NCBI GenBank assembly: GCA_963833425.1
Contig: CAWHXP010000015.1
Span: 32,001-96,000, forward strand
Reading direction: 5' to 3'
Origin: an uncultured Methanosarcinaceae archaeon
GTDB taxonomy: Archaea > Halobacteriota > Methanosarcinia > Methanosarcinales > Methanosarcinaceae
DNA length: 64,000 bases
Part shown: positions 60,159-64,000 of the stretch, one piece after another
Layout: each line of letters starts with the position of its first letter
Numbering within the stretch: position 1 is the stretch's first letter
Program-made: the position numbers and the translations under genes
The notes under the pieces: model-generated
The model's input: the letters and a program-made list of their open reading frames with translations, nothing else
The model's database searches: none
Told to the model about the DNA's origin: nothing

Positions 60159-60227
60159 ATATTAAGAAGAAATAAAGTAGATATAATAAAGAAATATAAG
60201 TAGTAAAACCGAGATCATGAGACCTTA

Positions 60228-60316
60228 GAATTTAGCTGTACAGCTAATTAATTTTAGCTGGAGAGCGAAATATATTTTGCTGTGCAGCTAATTAATATTG
60301 CTCTACAGCTAAATTC
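60228..60316. repeat. Array of four 16-bp palindromic iteron-like repeats at 22/22/21 bp spacing
   Basis: ttagctgtacagctaa (60232), ttagctggagagcgaa (60254), tttgctgtgcagctaa (60276), attgctctacagctaa (60297). Confidence 0.85.
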
Positions 60317-60357
60317 AAATTTAGGTCTTAACAGAAATTATTGAAATTAGTATGTTC

Positions 60358-61048
60358 TCAGAGTCCTTCTTCTTTAATTTCTTCTAAAATCTTCATAATC
60401 AAACGCCACGTTTCTGCACCTTTCTCATCTATATACCTGCCAGGATAGCAGATAATACTGGCATCTGTTTTCAATCTGTTACCAGTACCTAGAACAATTT
60501 CAGATGCATCACACATTAGCTTTCTTGCCATCTCTATCTCTTTGTCTGCCACTTTTTCATCGCACTCAATCATAACCGCATCGTGGACTGGAGCAACAAT
60601 TTTAGTATTATTCTCCGAGAGAAGGATGCATGCCACTCTAAGAATTTCTGCTCCAGTGGCTTGAATTGGGAAATTTCGGACGGTCAACATTTCCTTATTG
60701 CTGGAGCCTGAGACAATCATTTTCCATTTATAACAGGTTTCAATCCTTTTCATTAAACAGGCTTGAGTCCAGATCTATATCTACCCAACGCCAATAATTT
60801 TTGAAAATTCTTTTATGATGGTTAAGCAGTTCTTTTGCATAAGGCGTAGGCTTACCAATTTTGAACCCAAGTGATTCTGCACCCAGACCATACTGAACGC
60901 CGAGCACACAGGATTTAAAGAGCTGTCTCAAACTACCATGCGTTTCTTTTGTAGCGTCTTCTGGAACTGCACCTGCTAATTTTGCAAAAGCCAGATATGG
61001 ATCTCCGCTCTTATATGCCTCAATCATATTAGGGTCCTTAGAGAGCAT
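60358..61048 (-). pseudogene. Family A DNA polymerase, C-terminal part only, frameshift near 60775
   Basis: Motif B RQLFKSCVLGVQYG, RNFPIQATGAE, motif C APVHDAV. Confidence 0.9.
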
Positions 61049-61076
61049 TTTTCATATTTCAGATCTAAGATTCCAT

Positions 61077-62114
61077 CTATTTTTGAAAAATAGTTACTCT
61101 CCTAGTAAGACTTTTATGCACTCTCTGGAAATAAATTTCAAGAACCTTAAGTCCGACCAGTTTTCCGTATTCAGATGCATCCTTATCAGAGACTACAACT
61201 GCAATACCTCCTGGCTTCAAAACACGTTGAATATCCTTAAGAGCACAGGAATAAAGATTCTCTAAGGATTCGGCAAGAACTGCTGCCGACCGTCCATATG
61301 GTGGATCAGTCACGATTGCGCTTATTGTCCCTTCCTTAAAAGGCATCATACGGGCATCTCCTTTCACCAAGGTATAGTCCAGCTCAAAGGCACTAAGGTT
61401 CATACAGGCACCTCTAACAATTTTTTCTTGGGCATCGATTCCCAAAACTCGTGCTCCCAAAATTCCGGCCTCAATAAGTATGCCAGCAGTACCACAAAAA
61501 GGATCCAGGAATAACTCCCCATGTTTTATTTTGGAAAGATTTGTAATAGCACGTGCTACCCTGGGCATAAGGACTCCAGGATGGAAAAAAGGTTTATTTT
61601 GGGGATTTCTGGTTTCATATGCACTTCTGTTGATGGAAGATGTAAGCGTTCCTAAAACAGCCTTTCCACTTAAGATCAGCCGAAATTCCACATCTGGACT
61701 TTTCAGGTTCGCTTGAAAGCCTTTTTTATTGATGAATCCTCCTATTTTTGATTCCAGAAGATTGGTGGAAAAGTTCACGTGATGTTTAACACTTTTTGCT
61801 CGAACTACAAAACTTTGACCTTCCGTTATAAAACATGAGAACTCAAAGGAGTTTGTAAGTACCAGAATCGCATCCACGGTGTTTTCAGTAATCCCTATAA
61901 CTTTTAGGATATGATGGGTCATTGCGAGCCTTTCAGTTATAGGACCTTTAAGAATTTTTTCTACGTCTTCTTCTTTACCTGCTATATCAACCACCAGGCA
62001 TTGGTCAACCCTGGTATGTGGCTGGAAATCAAGCTCCTCTATTTTGAGGCAAGCAAGAACTTCAGCAGCTGGCAATTCTTCATGCTCTCCAGAGAGTTCA
62101 AAAGCGTACAGCAT
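61077..62114 (-). CDS. trm11: tRNA (guanine10-N2)-methyltransferase (THUMP + MTase)
   Basis: FELSGEH, RPFFHPG-like KPFFHPG, DPFCGTAG, TDPPYG. Confidence 0.92.
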   Translation of the reverse strand: MLYAFELSGEHEELPAAEVLACLKIEELDFQPHTRVDQCLVVDIAGKEEDVEKILKGPITERLAMTHHILKVIGITENTVDAILVLTNSFEFSCFITEGQSFVVRAKSVKHHVNFSTNLLESKIGGFINKKGFQANLKSPDVEFRLILSGKAVLGTLTSSINRSAYETRNPQNKPFFHPGVLMPRVARAITNLSKIKHGELFLDPFCGTAGILIEAGILGARVLGIDAQEKIVRGACMNLSAFELDYTLVKGDARMMPFKEGTISAIVTDPPYGRSAAVLAESLENLYSCALKDIQRVLKPGGIAVVVSDKDASEYGKLVGLKVLEIYFQRVHKSLTRRVTIFQK

Positions 62115-62509
62115 CTGTAATCCGGAATATATGATTTATATAGATTGGATTGATATTCAAATTATATAATTATTTATATCTATCTTAAAATATACATAAA
62201 ATGTAATGCTAATTGCCAACTTGAAAGAACTTGCTAAATAATTATTTAATAAATAAAATCAGGGCCTCCTCAATTATTTGGTTTATTTAATTTTCAAAAT
62301 CATTTAGTTCCATTTTTCCTGATTTTGTTCGCATCTTACGAGATTAGTTAGAGTGAATTTGTTTCAGTGAATGAAAAAGCAAATATTCGTACACTTGAAA
62401 CTTAATCATGAAAGCTTAATCATTCAGTGAGGGACGAGAAGGTCGTATATCTGAAATAGATTGTATGGATAAGTTTATCCTTAAAAGCAATTTTTCAAGT
62501 ATTTTTTCC

Positions 62510-62797
62510 TCAAAACATCTTCTCCAGAGCTTCTCTGCCAATCATCTCTGGCTTAATCCCAAGTCTTCTGGCCATTTCAGTTACTTCCACTACCTGGGCT
62601 TTGAGCATATCTTCAAAGCTTTTTACGCCTTTTACTTTCGCTGCTATATCCCCAAACTCCTCAGCAGCATTTACATTCAGGTATCCGCACATTAGGAACC
62701 CTTTATCAGTTCTTATAACCAATAGAGTATATTTTTGCATCTCAAAGCTGAGGCCCAAAGCACACCCATTTTCAAGCTGAATTTGTTCGATGAGCAT
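62510..62797 (-). CDS. YunC/DUF1805 family protein
   Basis: KGFLMCGYLN, AAKVKGVKSFEDML, GREAL. Confidence 0.88.
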   Translation of the reverse strand: MLIEQIQLENGCALGLSFEMQKYTLLVIRTDKGFLMCGYLNVNAAEEFGDIAAKVKGVKSFEDMLKAQVVEVTEMARRLGIKPEMIGREALEKMF

Positions 62798-63659
62798 ATT
62801 TTTTAGAATTAGCTTCAAACCAAATTAACTTTTTGGACTCAGCAAATTTATAATTTTTTGTGGTTCAGATTCTCAGATTTACTCGTTTCTTCAGATCTTT
62901 TTTGGAAATCCTGTTCTTCACAATGATCTAAGACACTTTTGTAATCTCGTATGTTAAATATCTTTTTTTTCATGATTTTTGGCACTTAAAAAAGGTAAGA
63001 ATCTAAATATTTAGTAGTCACCATGATAGGTATAAATTCATTTTTACCTGTCCAACATTGGGCTTTTTCGAAGATCTTGACGAATTAGAAAAATATTAAA
63101 TGCTAAAAACGATAAGATAACGAGGTCAAAGTTCCAAATTAACTCTGTTATGTGACAATTGTTGTGAAGGATATCCCACTTTAAAAATCCTTAATAGGTT
63201 CGAAAAACACGCATATGAAATGAAAATCAAATACTTTAGACATTGTAGTGTGATCAAAAAAGATGATTGAGGAGTTTATAGCAGATTTTACAGAAATTAT
63301 GACACTGCATCTCAGATTAATCTTCATCATTTTTAGGAAAAATCTCAATGTTAAATTTATGAATATTTCCTAAAATAATAAAAATATGGTTAATATGGAA
63401 TTATATTTTGATTTTAAAAAATTTTATGGGGGAATTAATTTTATTCAGAAACTGCGTTTTATATAATTAATTTCAAATAACGAAGGAGATAATTGTACAT
63501 GTAGCTTGAAGTAACAGATAATGAATTAAAAAGTGAGAAATTTTCCAACACTTCCAAGATTACTATTATTGGGTTACATTTGAATTGTCATTGATTATAG
63601 TTTACAAGGATATAAAGCCAATGAAGTAAGCATTATAGTGGTAAAAATAAAGAGGTTAA

Positions 63660-63900
63660 TGTATGCTTGATCTTGGAGAATTAACCTTTTCGATTCTAAT
63701 TTTAAAATAATTAACTTTTAAAGGGCAAACCTTGTAGGGACTAATCTTGAAAAAGCTAACCTTAAAGAAGCTAATCTTCAAAAAACTAAATTATTTCGGG
63801 CTAATCTTTAAGTAGCTAACCTCAATTAGTTGACCCTTAAGGAGCGGTCAATTTATCTATTAACAGTTGTCTGGGGTGAGAACATTTTATAATGCAAAAT
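63660..63900 (+). pseudogene. Pentapeptide-repeat protein relic
   Basis: NFKRANLVGTNLEKANLKEANLQKTKLFRANL. Confidence 0.7.
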
Positions 63901-64000
63901 TAAACAACGAGCTCTCATGCCATTAAAAGAAGAGTTTCAGTTCCTTTTTATTCACTAGAGCAGAATTTTCTAGAATATCAGAGCAACTTTTTAGAAGCTA

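Noticed and set aside
60228..60316. Palindromic array as a mini-CRISPR
   Set aside because: Spacers are only 5-6 nt of A/T.

Overview
AT-rich archaeal DNA, most likely Methanosarcina or another member of the Methanosarcinaceae, judged from tfb, gar1, purP, pscS, trm5, trm11, the hps-RraA fusion and GGTGAT/AGGAGG Shine-Dalgarno motifs. Intact core genes (pscS, hps, recQ, tRNA-Thr, trm5, tfb, gar1, ppdK, purP, truA, trm11) are interleaved with heavily eroded accessory DNA: three IS6 copies, IS6-type MITEs, IS5 and ISAs1 relics, and more than a dozen frameshifted or deleted pseudogenes. Main observations: (1) a GC-rich, bacterial-type bioF-bioD-bioA operon with intact ORFs, whose bioB survives only as a tail fused in frame to the start of an archaeal kaiC-like gene; (2) a relic family A DNA polymerase followed by four palindromic repeats at 21-22 bp spacing and a small basic wHTH-like ORF, a candidate replication module of a mobile element; (3) three rearrangement junctions at short sequences compatible with both partners; (4) several genes whose best start is a near-cognate codon (ATA/ATC/ACG/CTG), most of them behind a Shine-Dalgarno-like motif; (5) a SepCysS with an N-terminal extension, bracketed by direct repeats. 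All product calls come from motif recognition by eye; no database search was run.
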